Shown here piece by piece: positions 27,051 through 37,470 of a stretch of DNA of 64,000 nucleotides. The stretch covers positions 1,840 to 65,839 of the forward strand of contig JALSSR010000095.1 in assembly GCA_026984135.1 (NCBI GenBank), in the 5' to 3' direction. The number at the start of each line of letters is the position of its first letter. Position 1 is the stretch's first letter. The position numbers were made by a program, and so were the translations under genes. Under the pieces are notes generated by a model. The model saw only the letters and a list, made by a program, of their open reading frames with translations. It was not told the DNA's origin and searched no databases. This DNA comes from Bacteroidales bacterium (GTDB taxonomy: Bacteria; Bacteroidota; Bacteroidia; Bacteroidales; JAADJA01).

Positions 27051-27995
27051 ATGAAAAAAATTCTACTTATTAACTTTGTGATGTTGATTTTTGTATTCGG
27101 TTTAAATGCTCAGGATCAGCAATTAAGCAATCCCGGTTTTGAAGAGTGGGAAGATGTTGGTGTGGGGCAGGATGAGCCTGTCAAATGGAGTACGATCAAG
27201 ACTTCGGATAATCCAACAATTAACTCTGTTGCTCCGGTAACCTGGGCAAAGAGTGATACTGCTCACAGCGGCAGCTATTCCGTCAGAGTATTTAACCTTA
27301 CTACCATTATCGGAGCCGTTGCCACAGGTAGCGTGACAAACGGACGGTTTCATACCACTTTTGTTCCGGAAGAAGGTTATGTTTATACCGATCCGGAAGA
27401 TTCGCAGTGGAGTGAACCCTTCACCGGAAGACCCGACAGTGTAGCGGTTTGGATTAAATTTTACCCGACGGATATTGACACGTTACAGGCAAAGTTTTTA
27501 TTGCATAAAGATGAAGGTACACTTGCAATACAGCCTGAAAATGAAGATAATGTAATTGCTCTTGCAAAAATTAACCTCACTGGAGTTCATGATGAATGGA
27601 CAAGGGTAGTTGCTCCTTTTGTTTATGAAAGTAATGAAAATCCCGAATATATTCTTGCCGTTCTTACTTCAGGTGCCGGATTAAATGCCGTTGCCGGTAG
27701 TATGGCGCTTTACGACGATGTGGAGATCATTTACGGACCTGATGCGGTTAACGATAATATGTTTGCCAACACAAAAATATTTTATAGCGATGGCGCCGTC
27801 AGAATCGGCAATTTACCTGCCGGTATGAACAATTCAACCGTTGAAGTAATTGATTTGACGGGAAGAGTCCTTGTTAAGGACAAGCTTACGGGTGACAGCA
27901 TTGATGTTTCGGATAAAGATATCAAATCCGGTATATACATTGTGAGAATCATCAATGAGAAGGGTGGCTTTTCCGCGAAGTTGTTTATCAGGTAA
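27051..27995 (+). CDS. secreted PCMD-like (putative carbohydrate-metabolism domain) protein with T9SS C-terminal sorting domain
   Basis: 314 aa with a signal peptide. NPGFEEWEDVG...PVKWSTIKTSD N-terminal pattern. C-terminus VEVIDLTGRVLVKDKL...SGIYIVRIINEKGGFSAKLFIR. Confidence 0.65.
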   Translation: MKKILLINFVMLIFVFGLNAQDQQLSNPGFEEWEDVGVGQDEPVKWSTIKTSDNPTINSVAPVTWAKSDTAHSGSYSVRVFNLTTIIGAVATGSVTNGRFHTTFVPEEGYVYTDPEDSQWSEPFTGRPDSVAVWIKFYPTDIDTLQAKFLLHKDEGTLAIQPENEDNVIALAKINLTGVHDEWTRVVAPFVYESNENPEYILAVLTSGAGLNAVAGSMALYDDVEIIYGPDAVNDNMFANTKIFYSDGAVRIGNLPAGMNNSTVEVIDLTGRVLVKDKLTGDSIDVSDKDIKSGIYIVRIINEKGGFSAKLFIR

Positions 27996-27998
27996 TTT

Positions 27999-28715
27999 TT
28001 AGTAATCCAGATTATACTGAACGCGGTACTCCATAGAATTTAATTCCAAGGCTATGAGATTACCGAAACCTGACCGGCCTGTCATATAGCAGCCGTTGTC
28101 AAGGTCTATGAACTTATGATTGTTTTGGCGGATACTGATATCAATAAATTCAAGATTTACAGGCACATGGCCATGAATAATCCGCCTGTTGTTTATTCTT
28201 GAGGAATCAATATTATAGTCTCTGACCCAGAGCATAGCATCTTTATCTTCAAAGGGATCTTTATTCCTGAAATTAAGTCCTGCATGAACCAAAATGAAAT
28301 CATCAAGCTCAATATAATACTCAAGATTTCGCATCCAGTCGAGATACTCTTTCGGGAAATCTTTCAGGTCGGTAATCTTAAAACTTTGCAATGTCTCTTT
28401 TCCCCCAAATATAAGCCACTCTTTCTTCTTTTTATTTTTTTGTTTTATACCCAGAAAACTTTTAAGGTTGAGTTCTTCTTCATACGATTTCAGCACATAT
28501 TCTTCATGGTTTCCCATAAGGAGGTGCAGGTTGTATTCCTCTTTTTGAAGATGCATCAGATAATCTATAACCTCTTTGGAGGCAGGCCCGCGATCAATAT
28601 AATCACCGAGAAAATAGAGATGGTCGTACTTCGACGGCTGGATCATATCCTCTATCAAAGCTCTCAGTGTTTGCGCACATCCGTGTATGTCGGGAATTAC
28701 CCAGTGTTCTCTCAT
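27999..28715 (-). CDS. calcineurin-like metallophosphoesterase (PrpA/ApaH-type Ser/Thr phosphatase family)
   Basis: Motifs DIHGC, GDYIDRGP, GNHE, HAG and GH, in that order. Confidence 0.8.
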   Translation of the reverse strand: MREHWVIPDIHGCAQTLRALIEDMIQPSKYDHLYFLGDYIDRGPASKEVIDYLMHLQKEEYNLHLLMGNHEEYVLKSYEEELNLKSFLGIKQKNKKKKEWLIFGGKETLQSFKITDLKDFPKEYLDWMRNLEYYIELDDFILVHAGLNFRNKDPFEDKDAMLWVRDYNIDSSRINNRRIIHGHVPVNLEFIDISIRQNNHKFIDLDNGCYMTGRSGFGNLIALELNSMEYRVQYNLDY

Positions 28716-28925
28716 CTCTGTAATTGAACGGTTCTATTTAAACTTATCCGGTAAATAACCCGGTAAAACCGGAGTGCAAAAGTACTCATTTTTATACAAA
28801 TCCAATATTGCTTGAAAATTTAATTTACTTTTGCTGTGCATTGTACCTTTTTGCCAATATATTCGGATGAAACGGGTGCAACCGGAGAAATTTATTTTTT
28901 ATGATAATGAATAAAATTGAAAATA

Positions 28926-30455
28926 ATGAAAAATTACAATAAAGCAATATTAATAATAATGGACGGCTGGGGTATAGGCAACAAATCGAAAGCAGATGTT
29001 ATTTATCAGGCCGATACTCCATACCTCGATTATCTGAATGAAAATTATCCTCATTCACAACTCATAACTTCCGGCGAAAATGTCGGTTTGCCCGACGGCC
29101 AAATGGGGAATTCGGAAGTGGGACATATGAATATCGGTGCAGGAAGGATAGTTTATCAGGACTTGGTGAAAATAAACAAAGCCGTTGAGGACGGAAGCAT
29201 TGCAAAAAACGAGCAACTTGTAAAAGCGTTTACTTATGCCAAAGAAAATAACAGGAGTGTCCATTTTATCGGACTTGTTTCCGACGGCGGGGTACATTCG
29301 CTGGATAAACACCTTTACAAGCTTTGTGATTTGACAAAGGATTATAACCTTGACAAGGTCTATATTCATGCTCTCACAGACGGTCGCGATACCGATCCGA
29401 AAAGCGGTTTGGGATATATTACGAATTTACTGGAGCATCTGAAACATTCAAACGGGGAAATAGCAACTCTTACGGGCAGGTATTATACTATGGACAGGGA
29501 TAAACGCTGGGAAAGAATCAAGGAAGGGTATGACCTGATGGTACACGGAAAAGGTAAACATACGCACGATATTTTACAGGCGATCCGCGAATCGTATGAT
29601 GAGGGAATTACCGACGAATTCATAAAGCCGGTGGTTGTTGTTGATGAAAATGATAAACCTGTCGGTACGATTAAAGAGGGTGATGTGGTTATCTGTTTTA
29701 ATTTCAGGACCGACAGACTCAGACAAATCACTACCGCTCTCACGCAAAGGGATTTTCCGGAATATAATATGAAAAGACTTGATTTGCAATACTATACAAT
29801 GGCAAATTATGATGAGGCTTTTAAAGGTATCAATGTTATTTATGATAAGGAAAATGTGAAAGATACACTTGGAGAGGTGGTTGCCAATGCGGGATTGAAC
29901 CAAATACGTATTGCCGAAACCGAAAAGTATGCACACGTAACTTTCTTCTTTTCGGGTGGCAGGGAAGAGCCTTTTAAAAACGAGAAAAGGATAATGATAC
30001 CGTCACCAAAGGTTGCTACTTATGACCTGCAACCTGAAATGAGTGCTTTTAAAGTGAGGGATGCAATTGTGAAAGAGTTGAAAACCGGATGGGCCGATTT
30101 GGTTGTTCTTAATTTTGCCAATGGTGATATGGTGGGGCACACAGGTGTTTATGAGGCTATTTTAAAGGCTGTGGAAACGGTTGATAAATGTGTCAATGAT
30201 GTTGTGGAAACCGCAAAAGACAACAATTACACTGCAATGATAATTGCCGACCACGGAAACGCGGATAATGCGGTTAATCCGGATGGTTCGCCGAATACGG
30301 CACATTCGCTTAATCCTGTTCCTTGTATTGTGGTTAGCGAAAAATATAAAAAGGTTGAAAACGGTATTCTTGCCGATGTTGCTCCTACAATTCTGACAAT
30401 AATGGGGTTGAATATTCCGAAGGAGATGACCGGAAAAGTGCTGGTTAGAGGATAG
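28926..30455 (+). CDS. gpmI: 2,3-bisphosphoglycerate-independent phosphoglycerate mutase
   Basis: ILIIMDGWG...[14 protein letters not shown]...DGGVHS...ADHGNA full-length pattern. ATG chosen at 28926; the track start 28917 is a TTG. Confidence 0.9.
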   Translation: MKNYNKAILIIMDGWGIGNKSKADVIYQADTPYLDYLNENYPHSQLITSGENVGLPDGQMGNSEVGHMNIGAGRIVYQDLVKINKAVEDGSIAKNEQLVKAFTYAKENNRSVHFIGLVSDGGVHSLDKHLYKLCDLTKDYNLDKVYIHALTDGRDTDPKSGLGYITNLLEHLKHSNGEIATLTGRYYTMDRDKRWERIKEGYDLMVHGKGKHTHDILQAIRESYDEGITDEFIKPVVVVDENDKPVGTIKEGDVVICFNFRTDRLRQITTALTQRDFPEYNMKRLDLQYYTMANYDEAFKGINVIYDKENVKDTLGEVVANAGLNQIRIAETEKYAHVTFFFSGGREEPFKNEKRIMIPSPKVATYDLQPEMSAFKVRDAIVKELKTGWADLVVLNFANGDMVGHTGVYEAILKAVETVDKCVNDVVETAKDNNYTAMIIADHGNADNAVNPDGSPNTAHSLNPVPCIVVSEKYKKVENGILADVAPTILTIMGLNIPKEMTGKVLVRG

Positions 30456-30678
30456 GAGTGAGGGGGCGAAAAGGCGATAGAGCGATAGAGCGAAGTGGCG
30501 AAAAGGCGATTGGGCGAGGGAGTGAAGAAGGGTTATGTTATAGATTGCCGACTGCCGATTGCCGACTGCCGATTGGCGACTGCCGACTGCCGATTGCCGA
30601 CTGCTGACTGGCGACTGCCGATGCCGACCTTCGGTCGAGCATGCACGAAGCAAAGCTTCGGCACTGGCGATTGCCGAA
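30456..30678 (+). repeat. composite intergenic repeat: purine-rich GGCGAAAAGGCGAT repeats, ~11 tandem heptamers GCCGA(C/T)T (30546-30620), and a 51-nt double-hairpin core (30620-30670)
   Basis: Read directly. The core GATGCCGACCTTCGGTCGAGCATGCACGAAGCAAAGCTTCGGCACTGGCGA recurs twice at 58236-58349. Confidence 0.8.
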
Positions 30679-30714
30679 TAAAAATACATCATAAAACGGA
30701 TAATATATAGTGCG

Positions 30715-33700
30715 ATGAATAATTACAAAAAACTCAACAACATCCTTGGAGCGATAGTCTTCATTGTGGCTTCTTCGGTCTATATTTTAACAACCGAACC
30801 CACGGCAAGTTTCTGGGATTGCGGTGAATATATAGCAACAGCTTACAAGTTACAGGTTGGACATCCGCCGGGAGCACCGCTGTTCCAGATGATAGGCAGG
30901 TTTTTCTCACTTTTTGCTTTCGGTGATACCTCTCACGTGGCACAAATGGTGAACATAATGTCGGCACTGTCCAGCGGGTTGACAATTTTGTTTTTGTTCT
31001 GGAGCATCACAATGCTGGCAAAAAAACTGGTTTTGAAATCCGGCGAAATGACCGAAGGAAAGATGTATGCTGTTTTTGGCAGCGGTCTGGTAGGTGCGCT
31101 TGCCTATACCTTCACCGACTCTTTTTGGTTTTCTGCCGTCGAGGGTGAGGTTTATGCAATGTCCTCCTTTTTTACGGCACTTGTTTTCTGGGCAATTTTG
31201 AAATGGGAGGAGAAGGCCGATGACGAACATTCTTTTCGATGGCTTATTTTTATAGCTTATATGATGGGGCTTTCAATCGGTGTTCACCTGCTTAATCTGC
31301 TGGCAATTCCTGCCATCACTTTTATTTATTATTTTAAAAAGTATAAAAATCCCAATCTTAAAGGTATTTTAATCACATTTTTTATTTCCATTATGATCCT
31401 TGCATTGATTATGAACGGCATAATACCTTGGATAGTAAAACTTGCCGGATATTTTGAGCTCTTTTTTGTCAATGCAGTCGGGTTACCTTTCAATACGGGT
31501 ACCATCATTTATTTTATTGTTCTTATCGGAGGAATATATTGGGGAATTCGCTATACCCGTAAGCAGCAAAAGGTAGTTTGGAATACGGTTATTTGGGGTT
31601 TTACATTTCTGCTCATCGGTTACTCTTCATTTTTTATGCTTGTCATAAGGTCAAATGCCGACACTCCTATAAATGAGAACAGTCCGAAAGATGCAATAAC
31701 CCTTCTTGCTTATCTTGCAAGGGAGCAATATGGTGACTGGCCGATTTTTTCGGGTCAGTATTTTAATGCACCCGTTATTGAGTATAAAGACGGAAATCCG
31801 GTTTACAGAAAAGACAAGAAAAAGGGAAAATATGTAATTGTTGATAAGAGAAAGAATAGAATTCCCGTTTATGATCCGCGGTTCACTACAATTTTACCGA
31901 GAATGTGGGACAACAGCGGGCAGATATACGTAAAAGATTATAAGAAGTGGAGCAAGATGAGAGGAGTGCCGGTAAAGGTTAAAACCGATTACGGCGAAGA
32001 CAAGATAGTGTATAAACCCACTTTTGCCGAAAATCTGCGGTTTTTCTTCAGATATCAGCTTGACCATATGTATTTCAGGTATTTTATGTGGAATTTTTCA
32101 GGTCGGCAGAACGATATTCAGGGAATGTCCGATAGAAAAAACGGAAACTGGATTACCGGTATTCCCTTTCTTGATAATGCACGCCTGGGCCCGGTGTTGA
32201 ATGTTCCCGAAAGTATGAAAAACAAGGCAACAAACAAATTTTACCTTCTTCCCTTTATTTTAGGGTTAATAGGTTTGGTATATCAGGTGAGAAAGGATAA
32301 TAAGGACTCTCTTGTTGTTTTCCTGCTCTTTTTTATGACGGGCATTGCAATAGTAGTTTATCTTAATCAGCATTCGCCGCAGCCGAGAGAACGTGATTAT
32401 GCTTATGCCGCTTCCTTCTATGCTTTTGCAATGTGGATAGGGATTGGAACGCTGGCTCTTATTAACCTGGCCGGGAAATATCTTAACCCGAAAATGTCGG
32501 CTTTCGTGGTTACCGGTCTTTCTCTTCTTCTTGTACCCGGAATTATGGCAAAGGAGGGCTGGGATGACCACGACCGCTCAAACAGATATACGGTCATTGA
32601 TCTTGCATCCGACTATCTCAATTCTTGTGCTCCGGATGCCATACTTTTTACAAATGGTGATAACGATACTTTCCCGCTTTGGTATGCACAGGAGGTGGAG
32701 GGAGTACGTACCGATGTCAGGGTTGTGAATCTCAGCCTACTGAACACCGATTGGTACATAAATCAGATGAGACGAAAGGTTTACAATTCCGATCCCATAC
32801 CTTTGTCAATACCACCTGAAATGTATGCCGGAGATAAAAGGAATTTTACGTACATTATTGAAAATGAAAGTATAAAGGGGTATGTTGATATCCGGCAATT
32901 ATTGGATTTGGTTATAAGCAATCCCGATAAATTTGTCAGAAAAACTGCAATGGGTGACTTCGATTATCTGCCGACTAAAAAGTTCAGTTTAAAGGTTGAT
33001 TCGGCCACAGTCGTAAATAACGGAACCGTTCAGCCCGAGTATGCAGATCGTATTGTGAAAGAGATAACCTGGACGTTCAACAGTAATGCCATTGCTAAAA
33101 GCTATTTAATGGTGCTGAATCTGTTAGCGGAAAACAATTGGAAAAGGCCTGTCTATTTTGCCATTACAACAGGCGGGGAAGCCTACATGGGGCTTGATGA
33201 TTACTTTATGCTCGACGGGCTGGCTTACAGACTGGTTCCCGTAAAATCAAAATCGCATCAGGGACAGCCGGGTATTGTAAATACAAATGTTATGTTCGAC
33301 AATGTGATGAATAAATTCCGCTGGGGAAACATTAATGATCCCGATGTATATCTTGACGAGACAAACAGAAGGATGATAATGAACCTTAGAAATAATTTTC
33401 ACAGACTTGCCGGCAGTTTGATAGATGAAGGAAAAACGGATTCCGCAAAAATGGTTCTTGACAGGTGTATTGAAGTTATGCCGGATAACTGCATCCCTTA
33501 TGACTATTTTACAATACCTATTGCCGAGGATTATTACAAAATCGGCGAAACGGAAAAGGCAAATGCCATTGTGTCGAGACTTATTACTATTTTTGACGAA
33601 AATATGGAATATTATTTTCGGTTTAAAAATGGGAGAGAGAATATCTATGATAGTGATATTCAGCAGAATCTGTATATGATACAAAAGTTGGCTAATGTAT

Positions 33701-33783
33701 CTCGGATAAATATGCAATCCGATCTTTATACCAAAGCATCGGATATTTATAACAGGTATTCAAAGATTTATTTTAAAAAATAA
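30715..33783 (+). CDS. DUF2723-family large polytopic membrane protein (glycosyltransferase-like)
   Basis: 1022 aa. N-terminus TEPTASFWDCGEYIATAYKLQVGHPPGAPLFQM, many TM helices and a soluble TPR-like C-terminal half. Confidence 0.75.
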   Translation: MNNYKKLNNILGAIVFIVASSVYILTTEPTASFWDCGEYIATAYKLQVGHPPGAPLFQMIGRFFSLFAFGDTSHVAQMVNIMSALSSGLTILFLFWSITMLAKKLVLKSGEMTEGKMYAVFGSGLVGALAYTFTDSFWFSAVEGEVYAMSSFFTALVFWAILKWEEKADDEHSFRWLIFIAYMMGLSIGVHLLNLLAIPAITFIYYFKKYKNPNLKGILITFFISIMILALIMNGIIPWIVKLAGYFELFFVNAVGLPFNTGTIIYFIVLIGGIYWGIRYTRKQQKVVWNTVIWGFTFLLIGYSSFFMLVIRSNADTPINENSPKDAITLLAYLAREQYGDWPIFSGQYFNAPVIEYKDGNPVYRKDKKKGKYVIVDKRKNRIPVYDPRFTTILPRMWDNSGQIYVKDYKKWSKMRGVPVKVKTDYGEDKIVYKPTFAENLRFFFRYQLDHMYFRYFMWNFSGRQNDIQGMSDRKNGNWITGIPFLDNARLGPVLNVPESMKNKATNKFYLLPFILGLIGLVYQVRKDNKDSLVVFLLFFMTGIAIVVYLNQHSPQPRERDYAYAASFYAFAMWIGIGTLALINLAGKYLNPKMSAFVVTGLSLLLVPGIMAKEGWDDHDRSNRYTVIDLASDYLNSCAPDAILFTNGDNDTFPLWYAQEVEGVRTDVRVVNLSLLNTDWYINQMRRKVYNSDPIPLSIPPEMYAGDKRNFTYIIENESIKGYVDIRQLLDLVISNPDKFVRKTAMGDFDYLPTKKFSLKVDSATVVNNGTVQPEYADRIVKEITWTFNSNAIAKSYLMVLNLLAENNWKRPVYFAITTGGEAYMGLDDYFMLDGLAYRLVPVKSKSHQGQPGIVNTNVMFDNVMNKFRWGNINDPDVYLDETNRRMIMNLRNNFHRLAGSLIDEGKTDSAKMVLDRCIEVMPDNCIPYDYFTIPIAEDYYKIGETEKANAIVSRLITIFDENMEYYFRFKNGRENIYDSDIQQNLYMIQKLANVSRINMQSDLYTKASDIYNRYSKIYFKK

Positions 33784-33805
33784 ACTTAACAAGCTTTTAA
33801 AGTTT

Positions 33806-36283
33806 ATGAGGTTGTTTCTTACAGTATTCGGTATCATTTTGTGGAGTTTCCTCTTGTCGCAGGAGAAAGCGGATTCATCACCGAATAATGGAAGTAACGG
33901 TAAGCATTTTAAAGATACTGTGGCTATTAATAACCTCCTTGATTTAAGTAAGAAGTACGCTTATGAAATTAAGGATTCCGCTTTGTTTTATGCACAAAAG
34001 GCCTTATCACTGTCGCAGGAGTTAAACATAGATGACAAAGAGGCTTTTTCTTATCTGAGAATTGGTGATATCTGGTCGGTTAACGAAGTTTTTGATTCCG
34101 CAATTTTTTATTATCAAGAATCATTAAATATCTATAATTCAACTGATAATAAGAGCCGGGTTGCCGACCTGATGACGCGTATCGGATACAGCTATTATTA
34201 TTCGGGTCATTATGACAAAGCACTTGAATACTTTACGAAAGTTGTTGATAGTTATGAAGCCCAAAAGGATAAAATCGGCCTTGCCTCGGCATATAATAAC
34301 CTTTCGGCATGTTATAACGATCTGGGAAAAACGGAAGATGCGTATCATTATCTCCTTCTGGCTTTAAAGATTAATGAAGAATTGGAGGACAAGGAGGGCA
34401 TTGCCGGTTCATTAATAAATTTAGGAACTCTTGAAAGCGGTATGGGAAATCATCAAAAAGCCATTGATTATTATAATAAGGCAATGAAATATTATGTTGA
34501 AATAGGTTCCAAATCGGGACAGTCAATGTGTTACAATAATCTTGGTGATTCATATTCGTCGCTGGGAAAGTACAAAAAAGCACTAACCTACTTTCAAAAG
34601 TCTCTTGAGATTGATATTGAGCTAAATGATGACTATGGAATTGCAATAGATGAGAATAATATAGCCGATCATTATCTTACCCTCGGCGATACGGTAAAAG
34701 CCCTGATGGAGTTTAAGGATGTCTTAAAATTTGCTCGGGAAAAAGGATTCAATAAGGTTATTTCCACAGTAAGTTATAATCTTGCAGAATTATATTTTAA
34801 CAAAGGCAAATATTCTGAAGCTGTAAACTTTGGAAAATTAAGTGAAAAATACGCCCGACTGACAGGAACTCCCGGTGATATTCTTGATGCCGTTAAGATA
34901 TTATCGGATAGTTACGGTAAAATGGGAGATTTTGGAAATGCATATAAGTTTCTGAAAGATTATCAGGTGCTTTACGACAGCCTGTTCAATGCTGAGAAAA
35001 GCAGGCAGATACTGGAAATAGAGGCAAAATATGAATCGGTAAAGAAAGAGCAGGAAAATCAGCTTTTAATTAAAAAGAATGAGATTGACAGAAAAATAAA
35101 GATTGCCCTGACCGGCTTACTGATTATTGCTCTCATATTTATTTTTACACTTTACAGATTGATTCATATTAAAAAGAAGTCGGAAAGAAAGCTTGCACTT
35201 CAAAAGAACTTTTATGAAAAACTTCTCGGAAATTCCCAGGATTTTATTGTTGTTGTTGATAAAGAACAGAATATTAAGTATATAAGCCCCTCGATAGAAA
35301 ATAAAATAGGCAGGAAGCCGGAAGACAGGGTTGGTAAAAGTGTTTTTGAAAATGTGCATCCCGACGACAGAAAGCAATTAAAAAAAGACTTTGGTGAATT
35401 GGTTAAGAAAAAATCCGTCAATTTTGAATTCAGGCTTAGTGACGTTTCCGGAAGATATCTGAATATGGCAGCATACGCAAAAAATTTATTTGATGATCCG
35501 AATATTCAGGGTATAATTGTTAATTTTTGGGATATCACGGAAATAAGGAAAACGGAAAAGGCATTGAAACTGGCCAATGATACCAAAGATAAGATATTCT
35601 CCATAATTTCACACGACCTGCGTGGACCTATAAGTACGAGTAAAAGTATTGTTGACCTTGTTGTTAATGAGTTCGACAATCTAAACAAGGAGGCAATCAG
35701 GGATTTGTTAACTTCTTTTAAGCCGACAGCCGATGCAACATATTTTTTACTTGAAAACCTGTTGTCGTGGGCAATGAATCAAATGGGGAAGCTTAAATAT
35801 GAGCCCGGGTTAAACCCCATAAAACCGATTGTGGATGTCAATATTGATTTATATACTTCACAAGCCGAGTCAAAGGGTATAACAATTATCAATGCTATCA
35901 ATGAAAATTTTATTGCCTGGTTTGACAGGGGAATGATTGACATTGTGATACGTAATTTTCTGTCAAATGCTATTAAGTTTACCCCGGGAGGAGGTGAAGT
36001 AAAAGTTGATGTTGTAGAAACGGGTGACTTTTTGAAAGTAGAAGTGTCCGATACGGGAATAGGTATGGATGATCATATTATCCGTACACTGTTTGATCCG
36101 GATATTGAAAATAAACAATTGTCGCAGGGGACTGACAATGAAAAAGGAGCCGGTATCGGGCTTATGCTGTGTAAAGAATTTGTTGAATTAAACGGTGGGA
36201 CAATTGGCGCTGAGAGTCAAAAAGGTAAAGGTTCGGTGTTTTTCTTTACCCTGCCGGTTAATAAAAAATATTTTCAGGAATGA
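33806..36283 (+). CDS. TPR-repeat / PAS / HisKA-HATPase sensor histidine kinase
   Basis: 825 aa. TPR repeats, TM helix, PAS-like segment, H box FSIISHDLRGP, and N/G boxes (NAIKFTPGGG, DTGIGM, GAGIGL). Confidence 0.85.
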   Translation: MRLFLTVFGIILWSFLLSQEKADSSPNNGSNGKHFKDTVAINNLLDLSKKYAYEIKDSALFYAQKALSLSQELNIDDKEAFSYLRIGDIWSVNEVFDSAIFYYQESLNIYNSTDNKSRVADLMTRIGYSYYYSGHYDKALEYFTKVVDSYEAQKDKIGLASAYNNLSACYNDLGKTEDAYHYLLLALKINEELEDKEGIAGSLINLGTLESGMGNHQKAIDYYNKAMKYYVEIGSKSGQSMCYNNLGDSYSSLGKYKKALTYFQKSLEIDIELNDDYGIAIDENNIADHYLTLGDTVKALMEFKDVLKFAREKGFNKVISTVSYNLAELYFNKGKYSEAVNFGKLSEKYARLTGTPGDILDAVKILSDSYGKMGDFGNAYKFLKDYQVLYDSLFNAEKSRQILEIEAKYESVKKEQENQLLIKKNEIDRKIKIALTGLLIIALIFIFTLYRLIHIKKKSERKLALQKNFYEKLLGNSQDFIVVVDKEQNIKYISPSIENKIGRKPEDRVGKSVFENVHPDDRKQLKKDFGELVKKKSVNFEFRLSDVSGRYLNMAAYAKNLFDDPNIQGIIVNFWDITEIRKTEKALKLANDTKDKIFSIISHDLRGPISTSKSIVDLVVNEFDNLNKEAIRDLLTSFKPTADATYFLLENLLSWAMNQMGKLKYEPGLNPIKPIVDVNIDLYTSQAESKGITIINAINENFIAWFDRGMIDIVIRNFLSNAIKFTPGGGEVKVDVVETGDFLKVEVSDTGIGMDDHIIRTLFDPDIENKQLSQGTDNEKGAGIGLMLCKEFVELNGGTIGAESQKGKGSVFFFTLPVNKKYFQE

Positions 36284-37155
36284 ATATGAAATCGCATAAG
36301 ATACTTATTGCCAATGACCAGAATGTTGATTTTTTGGTAATCTCGTCATATATTAAACTTACGGTTGAGAATATCGAAATTATCAGAGCGGAAAACGGCC
36401 GTGTTGCAATTGAAAAAGCTAAGAATTTGTTACCTGACCTCATAATAATGGACTGGGAAATGCCGGAGATGAATGGAATTGAAGCTATTAAAAAGCTGAA
36501 AGCAGATGATGACACTAAAGATATACCGGTAATTATGATAACGGCTGTAAATAAGTCAACTGCAAATCTGGATACCGCTTTTAATGCCGGTGCCGTTGAT
36601 TTTGTGCGTTATCCGATTGATAAGATTGAACTCCAGGCAAGGATAAAATCCGTATTGCTGCTATCATTGTACTATAAGGAGATGGTTAATGCCGAAAAAA
36701 AGGCCAGGGAGCTGCTCGAAGAGATAGTTGAGCGCAAAAAGATAGAACTTTCTCTTCTTACTCTTACCAGCATTCATAAAAGAAATCTTTTGTCGGAATT
36801 AAAAAAACAGGTTGATGAGGTCAGCGAGGAAAATCCGGGCATAAGAGGGATACATCGTATTTATTCAATCATTAAATCCTATGAAGAGAGTGAATCAGAC
36901 TGGAAGGTGTTTGAAAAACACTTTGAAGAGATACATAATGGGTTTTTTGAAAGACTGGAAAAAGCATCCGTATCGGAATTATCTCAGGGTGAGAGGAGGT
37001 TTGCGGCATTTATAAGAAGCGGCCTGTCGTCAGATCAAATTGCAAAAATGATGAATATTTCTATGGAGGGTGTAAAAAAGAACCGCTACAGGCTTAGGAA
37101 GAAACTTGGCATTGAAACTACGGAAAGCCTGAATAAGCTAATCGAAAGCATCTGA
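36280..37155 (+). CDS. response regulator with receiver domain and LuxR-type HTH
   Basis: ATGA overlap with the kinase gene. DLIIMDWEMPEMNGIE receiver. C-terminus LSQGERRFAAFIRSGLSSDQIAKMMNISMEGVKKNRYRLRKKLG. Confidence 0.8.
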   Translation: MNMKSHKILIANDQNVDFLVISSYIKLTVENIEIIRAENGRVAIEKAKNLLPDLIIMDWEMPEMNGIEAIKKLKADDDTKDIPVIMITAVNKSTANLDTAFNAGAVDFVRYPIDKIELQARIKSVLLLSLYYKEMVNAEKKARELLEEIVERKKIELSLLTLTSIHKRNLLSELKKQVDEVSEENPGIRGIHRIYSIIKSYEESESDWKVFEKHFEEIHNGFFERLEKASVSELSQGERRFAAFIRSGLSSDQIAKMMNISMEGVKKNRYRLRKKLGIETTESLNKLIESI

Positions 37156-37470
37156 TTTTAAATAAATTTTACCTGTCCACCATTTGTCCACTATGGAAAT
37201 TTTTCCATCCCGAAACCTTGATATACATTTGCCGTTGTATATTTAATCGAGCAGTTCTTAAAAAAATATTTTACCAAAGCTAAGAGGGGGAGAAGTCTTA
37301 TTTCTTTCGTCTTGGGTAAACAAACAGGGAATCCGAAGGCCCTTAAATGATTAAGTCTGTAGTAGGAATAAAATATATAGTTAGCAAAAAAATAGCTTTT
37401 TCAGATTTCGGGGTTTTGGTACATAAGGACGCTTTTTAGCGTCCTGTACCATTTTTAGGAGGCCTGTTTT

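Noticed and set aside
30162-30710. 176-aa (-) and 71-aa (+) ORFs over the heptamer tract, and the similar 58136-58372 (-) ORF
   Set aside because: These are repeat-derived open frames (SRQSAVGSRQSAVGNRQ...). The first also overlaps the well-supported gpmI 3' end in antisense.
33247-33717. 156-aa minus-strand ORF; similar antisense ORFs at 54714-55307, 59934-60379 and 52479-52976
   Set aside because: They are shadow frames inside strongly supported genes: DUF2723, GH2 mannosidase, acs and mutS2.
37156-37470. 315-bp non-coding gap inspected for a tRNA, riboswitch or sRNA (contains the hairpin AGGACGC-tttttа-GCGTCCT at ~37425-37445)
   Set aside because: I could not fold a tRNA cloverleaf or recognise any riboswitch consensus. 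The hairpin is most simply a bidirectional terminator for the convergent genes. There is not enough evidence to call an RNA gene.
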